Assembly (NCBI RefSeq): GCF_036588685.1
Contig: NW_026963301.1
Coordinates: forward strand, 434,001-498,000
Source: Mytilus trossulus
Lineage: Eukaryota
DNA: 64,000 nt
Reading direction: 5' to 3'
Shown here: in pieces, positions 51,493 to 64,000 of the stretch
Layout: every line of letters begins with the position of its first letter
Numbering within the stretch: the first letter of the stretch is position 1
Program-made: the position numbers and the translations under genes
The notes under the pieces: model-generated
Database searches by the model: none
Told to the model about the DNA's origin: nothing
What the model saw: only the letters and a program-made list of their open reading frames with translations

Positions 51493-52375
51493 TTAAATCC
51501 TAATGTATCGCAAAAAGGCCTGTGACTTCCAACGTCCCATTTCTTTAATTTGCTCATCAGAAATACCCTCTAATGCGCATGTAGTTGCCATTCCAATTCT
51601 AAAGGAATGGGACTTAAATCCATTGTTTTCTATACCAATTACTGACCGAGACCTTTTTAATAATGCTGAAAACTGGTATCTTGTAAGGGGGGATCCATCA
51701 AAATGACAAAATAAAGGTCCCAGATAAGGTGGGCGAACTTTAATAAAATTAGCCATTATTTGTACTGGACATGTATTTTTGTTTTTCTGCTTAGAAATAA
51801 CGATTGTTGTTCCAGAACCAAACTGATCAGTTTTAGATGACGTCAATAACACCTCTAATCTTGTATCACAAAGCTTTATATTTTCAAATTTTACAGTATG
51901 CATCTGCTTATTTTTGCAATCAACTGTTATTTCACCTACTCTCATAAAACCATGAAAGGCTAGCGAAAATGAAGTCATAAACAGTTTTGTCTCATACCCG
52001 TTTTTGCAAATCACCGCCAGTGACCTCAATAATTTTCCAATATATCTCTTGTTATAGGTAATCTAGTGTCCTTTTGATTTGGGCCCCCCAACCTTTTTAT
52101 TCCTTCAATCAATTTTCTGACCACAAATTTCTGTGTATTGTCTTCTAAATTGTTGATTTTATTAAAGTAACTTAAGCCTGATATATAGCCAGATACTGTT
52201 GAGTGGGACAATTTCTTTCTAAACATATAAACAATAAATGATGTCAAGTCATCAAGCGGAATAGGCCAGACATCAGAAAAACCATGATTTTCTCTGAATT
52301 TAACAAATATGTCCATGCTATGCAAATATGCTTTCTGTGTACTGGGTGCTAATGAATTTATAATAAGTGATTCAT
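51493..52375 (-). pseudogene. Tyrosine recombinase with two apparent 1-bp frameshifts
   Basis: Catalytic motifs FMRVGE (R), SSKTDQ (K), SHSFRIG (HxxR), MGRWKS and LRYIR (Y). N-terminal SAM-like part at 52026-52325. Frame breaks near 52033 and 52360. The ATG overlaps the RT stop (ATGA). Confidence 0.88.
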
Positions 52376-54108
52376 TTCAGTTCTGAAATCATCGACAGGA
52401 ATTCTTGTGGGATTGCTGCTGGAGAACTGTCTGCATTCGGGACCAAGTCCATAAAACGTTGTTCCTGAAATCGAGAAAGAGCATCTGCGATTGCATTATG
52501 CTCACCCTCAATATGTTGTGCCCTAAATTGTATGTTATTGTTCATAGTGAGAAAAACTAGTTGTCTTATCCATATCATAACTCTCTTTGATTTTGAGGTT
52601 CTTTTGTTCACAATGCTTACTAATGCCTGATTATCTATTCTCAACAAAATCTTTTTATTTCTAAATGAAGGACCCCATATCATGAAAGACAGCACGATGG
52701 GAATAAGCTCCAAACATGTTATATCCAATAGAATGCTAGTATCAGCCCAACTACTGGGCCACTGGTATTGTACCCAGTGACCTTGAAAATAAGCTCCACA
52801 ACCTAATAAAACATTACCTGCACTATCAGTGAATAATTCCAGACTTTCATTAGTCGACCAACATCTATCAGGAAAATAACACTGACCATTGAATTGATCT
52901 AGAAAATTTAACCAAACTCTAGCATCTGCTTTGACCTCTGAATTCAATCTGACAGTATAATAAGGCTTTCCATTCTTAACTGAAGCTATCAAATCGTAAA
53001 AACGACGAATGAATGCACGGGCTGATATAATAGCTCCTGAACAAAATGCCATTAAACCAGTAATTGATTCAAGTTCCTTCAGTGCCATTTTCTTTTTTGA
53101 CAAGACCTGATCAAGCATAAATTTAAGTTTATCCAGTTTTTCAGGGGGGATTCTAACCAACATAAGTACTGTGTCAATTTCAAGGCCTAGAAATGTGATA
53201 CATGTAGTAGGACCTACTGTTTTATTCTCTGCTAGTGGAACACCTAACTGCCTACATACTTCATTAAAAGTGTCCATCAAAATGGTACAATTATCCGTTG
53301 AACTTTCACCAGCAAAGAAAAAGTCATCCAAATAGTGGTCTAAAGTCTCAATGCCAGCTTTCAATGCAACTGTTTTATGCAAAAAGGTGGCAAATTTTTC
53401 AAAGAGGGCACATGATATAGAGCAGCCTTCAGGCAGACATTTATTAATATAATATTTCCCATCAAAGAAAATTCCCAGAAGGTCAAAATCAGCTGGGTGA
53501 ACCAATAAAATTCTAAAGGCCTGACTAATGTCCATTTTTGCGCAAAGCACGTTATTTCCTAATTCAGAGATCATCCCAACTACTTTATCAAAAGAAGAAT
53601 ACTTTACTTTACAAATTTCTGGATCAATGAAATCATTCACACTCCAGTTTGTAGGATATGACAAGTGAGTTATAAGACGCCATCCCCCGTCATTTTTTGC
53701 AACTACCCCAATAGGAGATATTCTTAAAGTTGAAATTGGTATTTTTGAAAAGGGGCCCAACATTCTACCAAGATGCACTTCTTTTTGTAATTTTAAATTC
53801 GTTTCGGTTTTGTGAACTTCTGCCGAAATGAGATTGCTTGCAAAACTCGAGATCCTTGGACCAGTATAGTTTAATCTAAACCCCTCTATAAATCCCAATA
53901 ATAACATTGCTGCATCAGTTTTGTTTTCATAATTTGACAGTAATTCTCTCAACGATTTAATTTTGACTGGGGTTTTGCCTTTGTCCCATAAATGCTCCAG
54001 GAGAACGGAATCTTGTGTTATTTTGCATTTGCCTAGGTGCAAAGGGTTGAAAATTAGAAGCTGTTTTCTGTGGTGCTTGAGGCCGGGCTGATCTGAATCT
54101 CTGAACAA
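52372..54108 (-). CDS. DIRS-type reverse transcriptase and RNase H
   Basis: RT motifs WRLITHLS, KMDISQAFR, LPEGCSIS, HYLDDF and ITFLGLEID. RNase H motifs FTDSAG, LELIPI, RIDNQA and NAIADALSR. True start uncertain. Confidence 0.95.
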   Translation of the reverse strand: MFRDSDQPGLKHHRKQLLIFNPLHLGKCKITQDSVLLEHLWDKGKTPVKIKSLRELLSNYENKTDAAMLLLGFIEGFRLNYTGPRISSFASNLISAEVHKTETNLKLQKEVHLGRMLGPFSKIPISTLRISPIGVVAKNDGGWRLITHLSYPTNWSVNDFIDPEICKVKYSSFDKVVGMISELGNNVLCAKMDISQAFRILLVHPADFDLLGIFFDGKYYINKCLPEGCSISCALFEKFATFLHKTVALKAGIETLDHYLDDFFFAGESSTDNCTILMDTFNEVCRQLGVPLAENKTVGPTTCITFLGLEIDTVLMLVRIPPEKLDKLKFMLDQVLSKKKMALKELESITGLMAFCSGAIISARAFIRRFYDLIASVKNGKPYYTVRLNSEVKADARVWLNFLDQFNGQCYFPDRCWSTNESLELFTDSAGNVLLGCGAYFQGHWVQYQWPSSWADTSILLDITCLELIPIVLSFMIWGPSFRNKKILLRIDNQALVSIVNKRTSKSKRVMIWIRQLVFLTMNNNIQFRAQHIEGEHNAIADALSRFQEQRFMDLVPNADSSPAAIPQEFLSMISELK

Positions 54109-54555
54109 TCCCAGGTGACTGAGGATTATTAGAGTTAGTCACTTTGCTATTAGTGCAATATATAACCGGATGTACCCCACTGCATTTTAAACAAGCATGT
54201 TTGTATGTGCAATATTGTTGGGTGCACGTCCCATTATAATTATATGCATAGCATTTAAGAAAATTGTTTGTTGGTTTTTGTGCAATATTGAACTCTGGCC
54301 CATTAATAGGACCTGCTGGTTGCATATACAATAACCATAGCTCAGTGTCTATGACAGACCAGGATCCAGCAGGATCCTGTGATCTACGTAGTCTAAACTG
54401 TTCATCATACAATTTCCATCCTAAACCTGCATAGCGTTTAGCCCCTAACCTGACAGTTTGCATATACTTCAACAGTTCTTGGAACTGAGATGTATGTATA
54501 GAACAATAAATACTGATATATATTAAAAAGGCATCCGTCCATATACCTATTGTGG
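53957..54555 (-). CDS. gag-like ORF1, C-terminal part
   Basis: WTDAFLIYISIY...GWKLYDEQFR...W motif and Cys/His finger CYAYNYNGTC..C..KHACLKCSGVHPVIYC. Overlaps the RT ORF in another frame; N-terminus missing. Confidence 0.82.
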
Positions 54556-55506
54556 TGCTTTTATAAATAGTTATTTGGATGTAGAGTTGTCTCATCGGCA
54601 CTCATACCTATATCCATGTAACAGAATAACACTATGACGGGATGTCTAAGTACCGGACCATGTCATATGTAACAAAGAAAGAGAAAAAGGCATGTAAAGA
54701 AAGCAAAAATAAATAAAAACAGAATACATTTTTTTAACTATAGCACTATAACACAATGACGGGATGTACAGAGCCACGTCTGAAATGGATATCAACCAGG
54801 TCCAGCTTATGTATAAAATGGTTAAATGTATGCATCCGGCACATTTATATCTCAACATTGCACACTATCTTCAATATCTTCAGTGGATATCCGAGTCGAA
54901 TATATTTGAAGCGAAGCTAACAATGGCCACAAGGAGAATAGGTTATGAGATGGCAGGCAGTAATTTCTTTTTTTTTTTTTATGTCTTTATGAGATGTTGA
55001 AATAGAAATCACACAGGAATAAATGTATACCTTTTGTAATGTTCAATGTGTTGACATTCTTATGAATTATGTATACCGTGTATTCATCTTGGTTAAAAGA
55101 CTCAAGAGAAATCCAGTTCGAACCTGACAACACTGAAATCTCAGCCTTTATTATGACAACAAAGTAAATACAAGAAGCATTATATTCTATTTGGATAATG
55201 CAGTAACATTGCTTTTTAATTAATTTGATTATACTTGATAGTCTTATAGAATTTGTTTACGATTTTGAAATGAAATGAAATTATTGGTTGTTTCATCCTA
55301 TCTAATTTACATTGATTGAGTGTTGATTTCACAGTATTATATCCGGTTTAGACTAGTCATAAGAGTAATTAATAACACAAATCAATACATTAATATCTTG
55401 AAATCGACAATCATGGTCAATTAATAGTTAATGAAAACTGAGTATTGAGAATATCGTAAAAGACCAGTAATAGTAACTGTTATGTATAGGTTTTTTTTTT
55501 ATTACA

Positions 55507-56675
55507 AATAAAATTGAGAATGGAAATGGGGAATGTGTCAAAGAGACAACAACCCGACCAAAATAAAAAAAAACACAACAGCAGAAGGTCACCAACAGGT
55601 CTTCAATGTAGCGAGAAATTCCCGCACCCGGAGGAGTCCTTCAGCTGGCCCCTAAACAAATATATACTAGTTCAGTGATAATGAACGCCATACTAATTTC
55701 CAAATTGTACACAAGAAACTAAAATTTAAATAATACAAGACTAACAAAGGCCAGAGGCTCCTGACTTGGGACAGGCGCAAAAATGCGGCGGGGTTAAACA
55801 TGTTTGTGAGATCTCAACCCTCCCCCTATACCTCTAACCAGTGTAGAAAAGTAAAAGCATAACAATACGCACATTAAAATTCAGTTCAAGAGAAGTCCGA
55901 GTCTGATGTCAGAAGATGTAACCAAAGAAAATAAACAAAATGACAATAATACATAAATAACAACAGACTACTAGCAGTTAACTGACATGCCAGCTCCAGA
56001 CTTCAATTAAACTGACTGAAAGATTATGATTTCATCATATGAACATCAGGCACAATCCTTCCCGTAAGGGGTTTAGTATCATACCATCATAACATATATG
56101 AGAAGAACATAACCCGTGTCATGCCAACAACTGTTTTTAGAATAAATGTGTTTAGTTCCGACGCAAAGACCTTATCAGTGACTCAATATTAACGCCAAAA
56201 TATGCAATCTTTAATGACTTGACAACAGTATCGTAATTATATCCCTTCTTAATAAGTCTATTCAAAGGGTTTGTAAGTTTATGAGGTGAATACTGACACC
56301 TTTGTGCTTTATAAAGAATATTTCCATAAAAAATTGGATGTGAAATACCTGAACGTATAAAAAGTCTGCATGTTGAGCTATATTTACGAATGATGTCTGT
56401 ATACCGATGATAAAATTTAGTAAATGTTTTGACTAGTTTGTGATATCGAAAACCCTGGTGTAATAATTTTTCAGTAATACATAAATTTCTCTCGTTAAAA
56501 TCTAAAACATTGTTACATACACGAGCGAATCGTACAAGTTGAGATATATAAACACCGTAAGATGGTGACAAGGGAACGTCACCATCTAAAAACGGATAAT
56601 TAACGATAGGAAATGAAAAATCATCCCTTTTATCATAAATTTTAGTATTCAGCTTTCCGTTAGTGATATAGATAT
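55507..56675 (-). mobile_element. 5'-truncated Penelope-like element (probably Naiad clade): RT C-terminus plus ~640-bp 3' region
   Basis: 56675-56152 translates IYITNGKLNTKIYDKRDDFSFPIVNYPFLDGDVPLSPSYGVYISQLVRFARVC...*, with no C-terminal GIY-YIG. Confidence 0.82.
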
Positions 56676-56849
56676 TTTTAAACCAATATCTGCGAGAAAG
56701 CTATTCCTGTTTAATATCATGCATGACACTTTAATAATTTTATTTACATTTCCGTACTTTAAACTACCAGTATCAAGATTAAATAGACTATAACAATACC
56801 ATTCGTTGACTCCTTAGCGTTACAAATGCAGATGCAAACGGAGTCCCAC

Positions 56850-57193
56850 ACGCACAAGGTGTACTCGACTTCAATCTTAATTGACAAGTACTCGTTTTTC
56901 CTGCGGAAGGTCGGTACTTCTCTATATGCGTTCCGTCTTCCTCCACCAATCAAAAATGATCGCCACGAAAGCTGAATAGTGTTGAAAATGGCATTAAACG
57001 CCAATCAATCAATCAATCAATCCTTGATACCAACATTACATAGTTACGCCCGCACGTGGCAGGTGTGCTCGACTTCAATCCCAATTGACACGCAAGGTCG
57101 AAGGTCGGTGTTTCACTGTGCACAAATAAAAAACTGAACACCAAGAAATAACCGATAGTGCTGAGAGTGGCGATTAACAAAAATCAATCAATC
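56850..57193 (+). mobile_element. Two degenerate SINE-like copies with (AATC)n tails, possibly V-SINE related
   Basis: Repeated GGTGT(A/G)CTCGACTTCAATC..GAAGGTCGGT..GTGTTGAAA.TGGC.TTAA ending in AATC repeats at ~57003-57021 and ~57182-57193. Confidence 0.45.
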
Positions 57194-57730
57194 AGTATAT
57201 ATTATTTAATTATTTTTTTGCAGAACAATTTTATTGTTTGTACGTTCCTTCATACCTTTGTTAATCCACAGATCAAGATAAAATAAATTGACTCAAAATT
57301 TATTTATCAAAATGATGAGGATAATATGTTTTCTTAGGGCTTTTTGTTCGTTGCATTTCGTGATGATATTTAATCATAAATTATTTGTTGAATTTGTTTA
57401 CAAAAATTAAACCGAGCATACTCATTACACTCAGTTCGATACAAAAATAAAACCAAACAAACACAGTTCGCCAATTGTACTTTTTTTAATAGATTTCGTA
57501 TTTGTTGATATCACTGCACTTCAACCATTATAGTTTGCATTGAGGGTCGTTAATCATTTTCTTTCATTATTATCATCCAATTAAATGCATTTTATTTTTG
57601 TGCTTTCAATTTGTTTAATGAACCAATGTAACTTTTAACTGAAATTAAATATCAATATGCACACATTGTTTTGTTAAAAAAGGTATAATTTCGCTTGTGT
57701 AAACAAAATTTAGAAAATGTGAGTGATCAA

Positions 57731-58727
57731 ATGAAATTGAGAATGGAAATGGGGAAGGTGTCAAAGAGACAACAATCCGACCAAATAAAAAAACAACAGC
57801 AGAAGGTCACCACCAGGTCTTCAATGTAGCGAGAAATTCCCGCACCGGAGGCGTCCTTTAGCTGGCCCCTAAACAAATATATACTAGTTCAGAGATAATG
57901 AACGCCATACTAAACTCTAAATTGTACACAAGAAACAAAAACTAAAATAATACAAGACTAACAAAGGCCAGAGGCTCCTGACTTGGGACAGGCGCAAAAA
58001 TGCGGCGGGGTTAAACATGTTTCTGAGATCTCAAACCTTCCCCTATACCTCTAACGAATGTAGAAAAGTAAACGCATAACAATACGCACATTAAAATTCA
58101 GTTCAAGAGAAGTCCGAGTCTGATGTCAGAAGATGTAACCAAAGAAAATAAACAAAATGACAATAATACATAAATAACAACAGACTACTAGCAGTTAACT
58201 GACATGCCAGCTCCAGACTTCAAGTAAACTGACTGAAAGATTATGATTTCATCATATGAACATCAGGCACAATCCTTTCCGTTAGGGGTTTAGTATCATA
58301 CCATCATAACATATATGAGAAGAACATATAAACCCGTGTCATGCCAACAACTGTTTTTAGAATAAATGTGTTTAGACCTTATCAGTGACTCAATATTAAC
58401 GCCAAAATATGCAATCTTTAATGACTTGACAACAGTATCGTAATTATATCCCTTCTTAATTCTGAGGTGAATACTGACACCTTTGTGCTTTATAAAGAAT
58501 ATTTCCATAAAAAAATGGATGTGAAATACCTGCAAGTCTGCATGTTGAGCTATATTTACGAATGATGTCTTTATACCGATGATAAAATTTAGTAAATGTT
58601 TTGACTAGTTTGTGATATCGAAAACCCTGGTGTAATAATTTTTCAGTAATACATAAATTTCTCTCGTGAAAATCTAAAACATTGTTACAAACACGAGCGA
58701 ATCGTACAAGTTGAGATATATAAACAC
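57731..58727 (-). mobile_element. Second copy of the Penelope-like element, internally deleted
   Basis: Colinear with 55510-56555, with several short deletions that break the ORF. Confidence 0.82.
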
Positions 58728-61700
58728 TGTTTGTTTTTGGTATATTCTATATGCTATTCCGCAAACATAATCTCTAAACAAATGGCGAAAATAGGGCGAA
58801 ACTTTTAACACCTCAAGATATGCAGTCTCTAAAAGCCATATTTTTGGTGTTTGACATCATCAGCATGAGGTCATTGATAAAGAATGTGTAGTTTCCAAGA
58901 CTGAATTCCTGTCCTTTATGGCTGTAAAAAGCTTGCTCAGAAAACAGTATGTTGCATGGGAGAGATGTTACAGTTGTCGATATTCAAATATTACGTCGAA
59001 CACATATGTGTATAAAGGCACATATTTGCCACTACCGTAAACATGTAATACTATATAGATGGGGTATAATTGACAATAAGAGAACTCACCACCAGAGTTC
59101 TAAAATGAGTTACCAGATTACATGTGCCTTTACTAAACACTCAGTCGTGTGCACTCTAGTGTGCATGTGTCTGTACCATAAATTTATATGTACTAGCCTA
59201 AATGTACATGCGCTGTGCATATATGTATACTAATCTTCATATGTATGTACTGCATATGTGTACATAATTTATTTGTACTAGAGTCTAAATGAACATGTGT
59301 CGTACATTATTTATATATATACGATAAGATGAAATATATAAGATATACTAGTCAACATGTCCCTGCACCGAACATGCACTTGTATGTACTACAGTCCACA
59401 TTTAGCTGAACTGATATGTATACTATTATAGTTTTTGTAAATTGCTTTGTTATTAATTTGGCTGTTACAAAAATGTAGTTCTTTTGTTTGAAATATATCC
59501 CCTTCATCAAAGAGTGATCTTTTAAAGCCGTCTTTACAGATTATTTTGATCGTTGTAGGTCGTACGGTGAGTCTTATCTAAAAGGTATATTTTATTACGA
59601 GATACAAGTTCTTCATTTGAAGGACTTTTGTCCTAATTGGCCAATAAAGGTCAAATATGTTTATGTTATCATCACATTCAACATAGCAAGTGACATTTCT
59701 AAATTGAAGTGTCTATTTTATTAGCCATAGGTTTGTTTGTATTTCTTGAACATGATTTTTTATTTTTTATAACTAAGTATTGTTTACGATTATTTGCTCG
59801 TACATCTATTACTTTCCAATAATACATACACAATACAAAAAGAAACACAAATTCCACAAAAGATAACACTTTTGACATGTTTGATGTTACCTTGCTTACT
59901 GTTTTGTTTTTTTTAAAAGTTTTTGCTGTACGTGGTAATTATATTGAAATATTCGATTACTCTACACGAATCAGGAAATTGCCCTGCTAGAAAACTTTTC
60001 ACCATGATTATAATGGAGACAATCTTATAATCAATACAATTAAGGTAGATGAAATGCAGTCTTTATTGAACGTTATGAAGAAACAATCTAATGTTCAGTT
60101 GGAGTAATGACCTTCTGTTGCATTGGACCACGGAAGTCTCGTTATCGCCAAAAATCTCGCATCTTTGGATATTCTTTCGTTATTATGGTAACGGAGATTT
60201 ATATCGATAAATTCCGAGTGATCCGAGGTTACAGTGGTTCATCTTTAGACTCCAATAGATTTTTTTTTTATAAAACATTGAATTTAAAGAGGCATTGTTT
60301 TAACGATAAAAAATAAACGAGAATTGATTCAACGTTTAAAACAAAACTTTAACAATAAGTCTCGAAAGTGTATGCTTGGAATGTACGAATGTATTAGTTA
60401 ACAGTGGCACACATTGTTTAAAGGTAAGAAAGTTTTACAATTTTTAATTACAAATGAAAAAAAAACCAATCTTGATGATATCAGACAATGTAATTTCAAA
60501 ATCCAAGTTGAACTGACATGAGCACTAATACAACTTGTCCAGAATATAATTCATATTTCTCATAATTGGCTTCTATAGCTTGTCTATAGAAACATTTTTA
60601 AGGATTTGGTGGCAGGGTAAGTGTTAAAAATTTAACGATGCACGCTTTTTGATATGTCAATGAAACAGTTACTGTATTGTAATTCTGATTTTGCTCTTGA
60701 TTGAGCCTTGCACGTGCCATACGCGTACGACCAGTGATAAACATGTTTGCTAATGAAAAGTATATTTTGCTCACAATAGAAAATACTTAGGTATTGGTTT
60801 CATCTGCAAAATATTCATGTATTCGATACATGGTAACTTATATGTACTAAATGTATATTAATATGATAGAACTACATTCATATACGAACCCTTTTACTTG
60901 TTTTAGTGCTTTATGTTTTCTATTTGATATTGTTTCCATTACATTTATAATTATTTAACGCTATGAAATTCTGCGTGTTTTTTTTAAAATGCAAAATAAT
61001 CCTTTTCCTCGGTAAATTGGTTTAAATTAGGCTAATGGCTATAATGATACAAATCTCTTTCTCATCAACTTTAAACAGTAGAGAAGAAACTAAGCGAAAA
61101 TACTAAATAAAAGCCGACAAATTGAAAAACAAAAACAGTAGAATTCAAAGATAAAAGGAAAAATCACGAAACTACTGAACTCCAAGGAAAATTCAAAAAA
61201 GGAAAGTCCCAAATCAAATGGCAAAATCCAAAGTTCAAACACATCAAACGAATGGATAACAACTGTCATATTGCTGACTTGGTACAGGTATTTTCTTATG
61301 TAGGAAATGGTGGATTGAACCTGGTTTTATAGCTAGCTAAACCTCTCACTTGTATGACAGTTGCATCATAAAAGACAACAAACTCACAAAAAATAAAAAC
61401 ACGTCAACAAAATATTACATAGAAACCAAACATTGAGCAAGAGAAGTACCATCAAATATCGGACATAAACGATCAAGAAGTAACTCCTCGTGTTGATCTT
61501 AAAGTCTAGTGACGAGTTGTTTGTAAATTAGTTATTTTTCAACAGGTAAAATGCTACGGATTTTGCTTATTCTGCTAATCATTAATCAACAATTGGTTAA
61601 ATAGCAATGTCGTATTAAAAGATTAAAAATATATAATCTTACCAAAAACACATTATAAATTTTTATTTTATTTCTAAGACTTTACAAATTATTTGTCCAC

Positions 61701-62222
61701 AACAATTGTTAAACCCTTCACAGATAACCACTTACGGAATATGCGACATGAATTCTTTAAAATGCAAATGAATTTCAAGGATACAAGCTTGTACTGATAT
61801 TAACACAACGAGTTTCCATTTGTGGCTTCTATCTATAAAGTTTTGCTAAAACGTCTATATTCATATTAAACAACATAACAGAAAACTCGTTGACCAAATC
61901 ATATTATTTTGAGGTTACGACCTTATATTGTTTTTATTATTTTACCATATTTAGTTTTACATCGAGCCTTTGTAAAGAAAAATATACTCAACTTTCAATG
62001 TTCTTCTTCTGTACGCTTTCCCCTCATGCATCTGAAAGAAAAACCAAGTGTATGAATTACTTGAATATTATTATAGATAGAAATAAACTGTAAACAGCAA
62101 CGATGTACAGCGAAGTAAGACCTACAAACAAGTCAACATGATCAAAATGGTCAATTGACCCCTTAAGGAGTTATTGTCCTTTATAGACAATTTTTTAACA
62201 GTTTTCATAAATGTTGTACTAT

Positions 62223-62310
62223 TTTGATGTTACGACCTTATATACTAATTTGAGGTTACGACCTTATATACTAATTTGAGGTTACGACCTTATATACTAT
62301 TTTGAGGTTA
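62223..62310 (+). repeat. 26-bp tandem repeat, about 3.4 copies
   Basis: TTTGAGGTTACGACCTTATATACTAA at 62223, 62249, 62275 and 62301; an isolated partial copy lies at ~61908. Confidence 0.85.
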
Positions 62311-62487
62311 CAACAGTCTCCGGGACAAGTTTGCAATTCCGCTGAGTGCAAAAGTTGTCACCTTAATTTTTAGAGTTAAGTCAAAACAAAGTTGATAACT
62401 TGGTTGGTATTGGTTCCCTGATATTTGTCCTAAAAATTTTTGGCTCTAGCACCACTGTTGAAAAAGTTATGCCCCTTTTTTCAACAA

Positions 62488-62945
62488 TTTCCTCAGAGGA
62501 AAAGTACTTTTCCTCAAGGGAACTCAAATTTCCCTGAAGGAAAAAGATTTTTCCTCAAGGGAAATTGTTTTTTCCTCAAGGGAAAATTATTTCCCTTAGG
62601 GAATTTGCTGCATAATTATTTCCTTTGAGGAAATTCTATTTCCTTAAAGGAAATTCTTTTTCCTTAGAGGAAATTATTTTTCCTTAGAGGAAATTCTTTT
62701 TCCTTTGAGGAAATTTGCAGCTTCAAATTTTCCTTTGAGGAAATACTTTTTCCTGTGAGGAAATTTGTAGCTTCACATTTTCCTTTGAGGAAATACTTTT
62801 TCCTGTGAGGAAATTTTTGACAAACACTTTTCCTTGGAGGAAAATTCAAGACAACAAATTTCCTCTGAGGAAATCATTGTTCTTCAAATTTCCTCTAAGG
62901 AAATTTCTGAACATTAAATTTCCCTTAAGGAAATGTTTTTCCTTA
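62488..62945. repeat. Array of palindromic TTTCCT-N3-AGGAAA motifs
   Basis: Roughly 15-20 copies with variable short spacers. Confidence 0.8.
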
Positions 62946-64000
62946 TTTTTACTTGCTAAACATTTCTTCACTACACCATGTATACAAACAGTATGAATAT
63001 AATTATTAAAAGACTGTAGAATTGATGCAAATGATATCTAAATATTTAATAATAAATGTTTGACTCAAAATTTTAATGACATTGAAAATAATACAGTCTG
63101 ACTGTTTAGATCTAAGTATTGTTTACACTTTTTATATAAATTTAACTTTGATTTATAATTTTTTTGGAGCAAATGCTTCTGTTTTCTTTGTAATTGTTTC
63201 AATGCGATACAATAATAAGCAACCAATTTGAATGTCATTATATCATTTGTGGTGTTCTAAAAAAAATAATTATATATTTGCAGATTAAATAATAAAATAA
63301 ACACTTTTCGTGTTATTTTAAATTAGAATTTCTTCTGTGTCAGCTTGTGTACAGTTATTCAATCCACTATGTAAGAATTCAGTGAATACATTATTCCATT
63401 CACTAAACAATTCCCTTCAATTCTAAGAGAAATCATTTTTGCAAATTGTTCTTCAATGATCTTCTTCTGTATATTTGATATGAGGGAGCGATGTAAATGA
63501 GTGGATAAAACTGGTGTTCCTTTTTCAACAACAAAATAGTATTTGTTCTGCATTCTCCTTTCTTTAAATTAAGATATGTTGTTGCTTTTATGCAATAGTG
63601 TTTTCGGGTATCTATGATAGAACTCCATTTTGTTTTATATGGTCATTATCACATGTTGAAATTTCCTATTTCTTTTTTGCAGGAAAGCACACATTCCATT
63701 TCAAATTAATCCAATTATGCACTATGTAAATAAATTTCAACTTTAAGTTTCCTCTTCAGTAATGACCTATTGATCATGAAAACCGAGATGTCTGATCACC
63801 TATAAATACACAAAAAAAGCAAATAAAATGTTATAAATGGAGAGAGAAACAGCAATAAATGTTTTTCATGTGTATCTTTCCTTATTAAAATACATTGAGT
63901 AAACTTGAACTCGAGAAAAATAAATAACTGCGATGTAGACTAGAAAGTATAAAATGCAAGATAAAGTATTCACGAAAAAATTAGTTGATTTACAGTAGTC

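Larger units (their letters stand above)
49503..54555 (-). mobile_element. Ngaro-type DIRS (tyrosine recombinase) retrotransposon, 5'-truncated
   Basis: Minus-strand order gag, RT/RNase H, YR, SGNH hydrolase, then B1-A2-B2 split direct repeats. The gag frame runs into an unrelated repeat near 54555-54600. Confidence 0.92.

Noticed and set aside
51493-52325. Phage integrase or bacterial contamination
   Set aside because: It is embedded between a DIRS-type RT/RNase H and split direct repeats, so it is a eukaryotic retrotransposon YR.
54556-54601. N-terminus MPMRQLYIQ of the 214-aa gag ORF
   Set aside because: Comes from the adjacent interspersed repeat fused in frame by chance.
55512-55655. 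HDV-like or hammerhead ribozyme in the PLE 3' tail
   Set aside because: Some pairing exists (CAGCTGAAGG with CCTTCTGCTG), but I could not build the HDV nested pseudoknot or a CUGANGA/GAAA core by eye.
60100-63720. Possible further gene (donor-like AAG|GTAAG near 60423, acceptor near 63682, ORF 63359-63553)
   Set aside because: No recognisable protein similarity or consistent exon chain; needs transcript data.

Overview
AT-rich, intron-containing animal genomic DNA. The repeat complement resembles a bivalve such as Mytilus (inferred from repeat types, not verified). The left 45 kb holds a head-to-tail cluster of four LITAF/SIMPLE-domain genes on the + strand. Three are complete 3-exon models; the first lacks exon 1, which probably lies upstream of the window. 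All share intron phases but differ in N-terminal proline motifs and C-terminal sorting motif. Introns and spacers are packed with non-autonomous elements: Kolobok-, Harbinger-, MULE- and hAT-like MITEs, Helentron-type (HINE) elements, a 1.87-kb foldback element and Penelope-like fragments. Intron 2 of the fourth LITAF gene contains an antisense 370-bp retrozyme-like unit bounded by minimal type I hammerhead ribozymes, one with an intact core. After a 34-bp minisatellite lies a 5'-truncated Ngaro-type DIRS retrotransposon on the - strand: gag, RT/RNase H, frameshifted tyrosine recombinase, SGNH hydrolase and B-A-B split direct repeats. Two 5'-truncated Penelope-like (probably Naiad) RT copies follow. 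Most short ORFs in the track are spurious. Coordinates were read by eye, so repeat ends may be off by a few bases.
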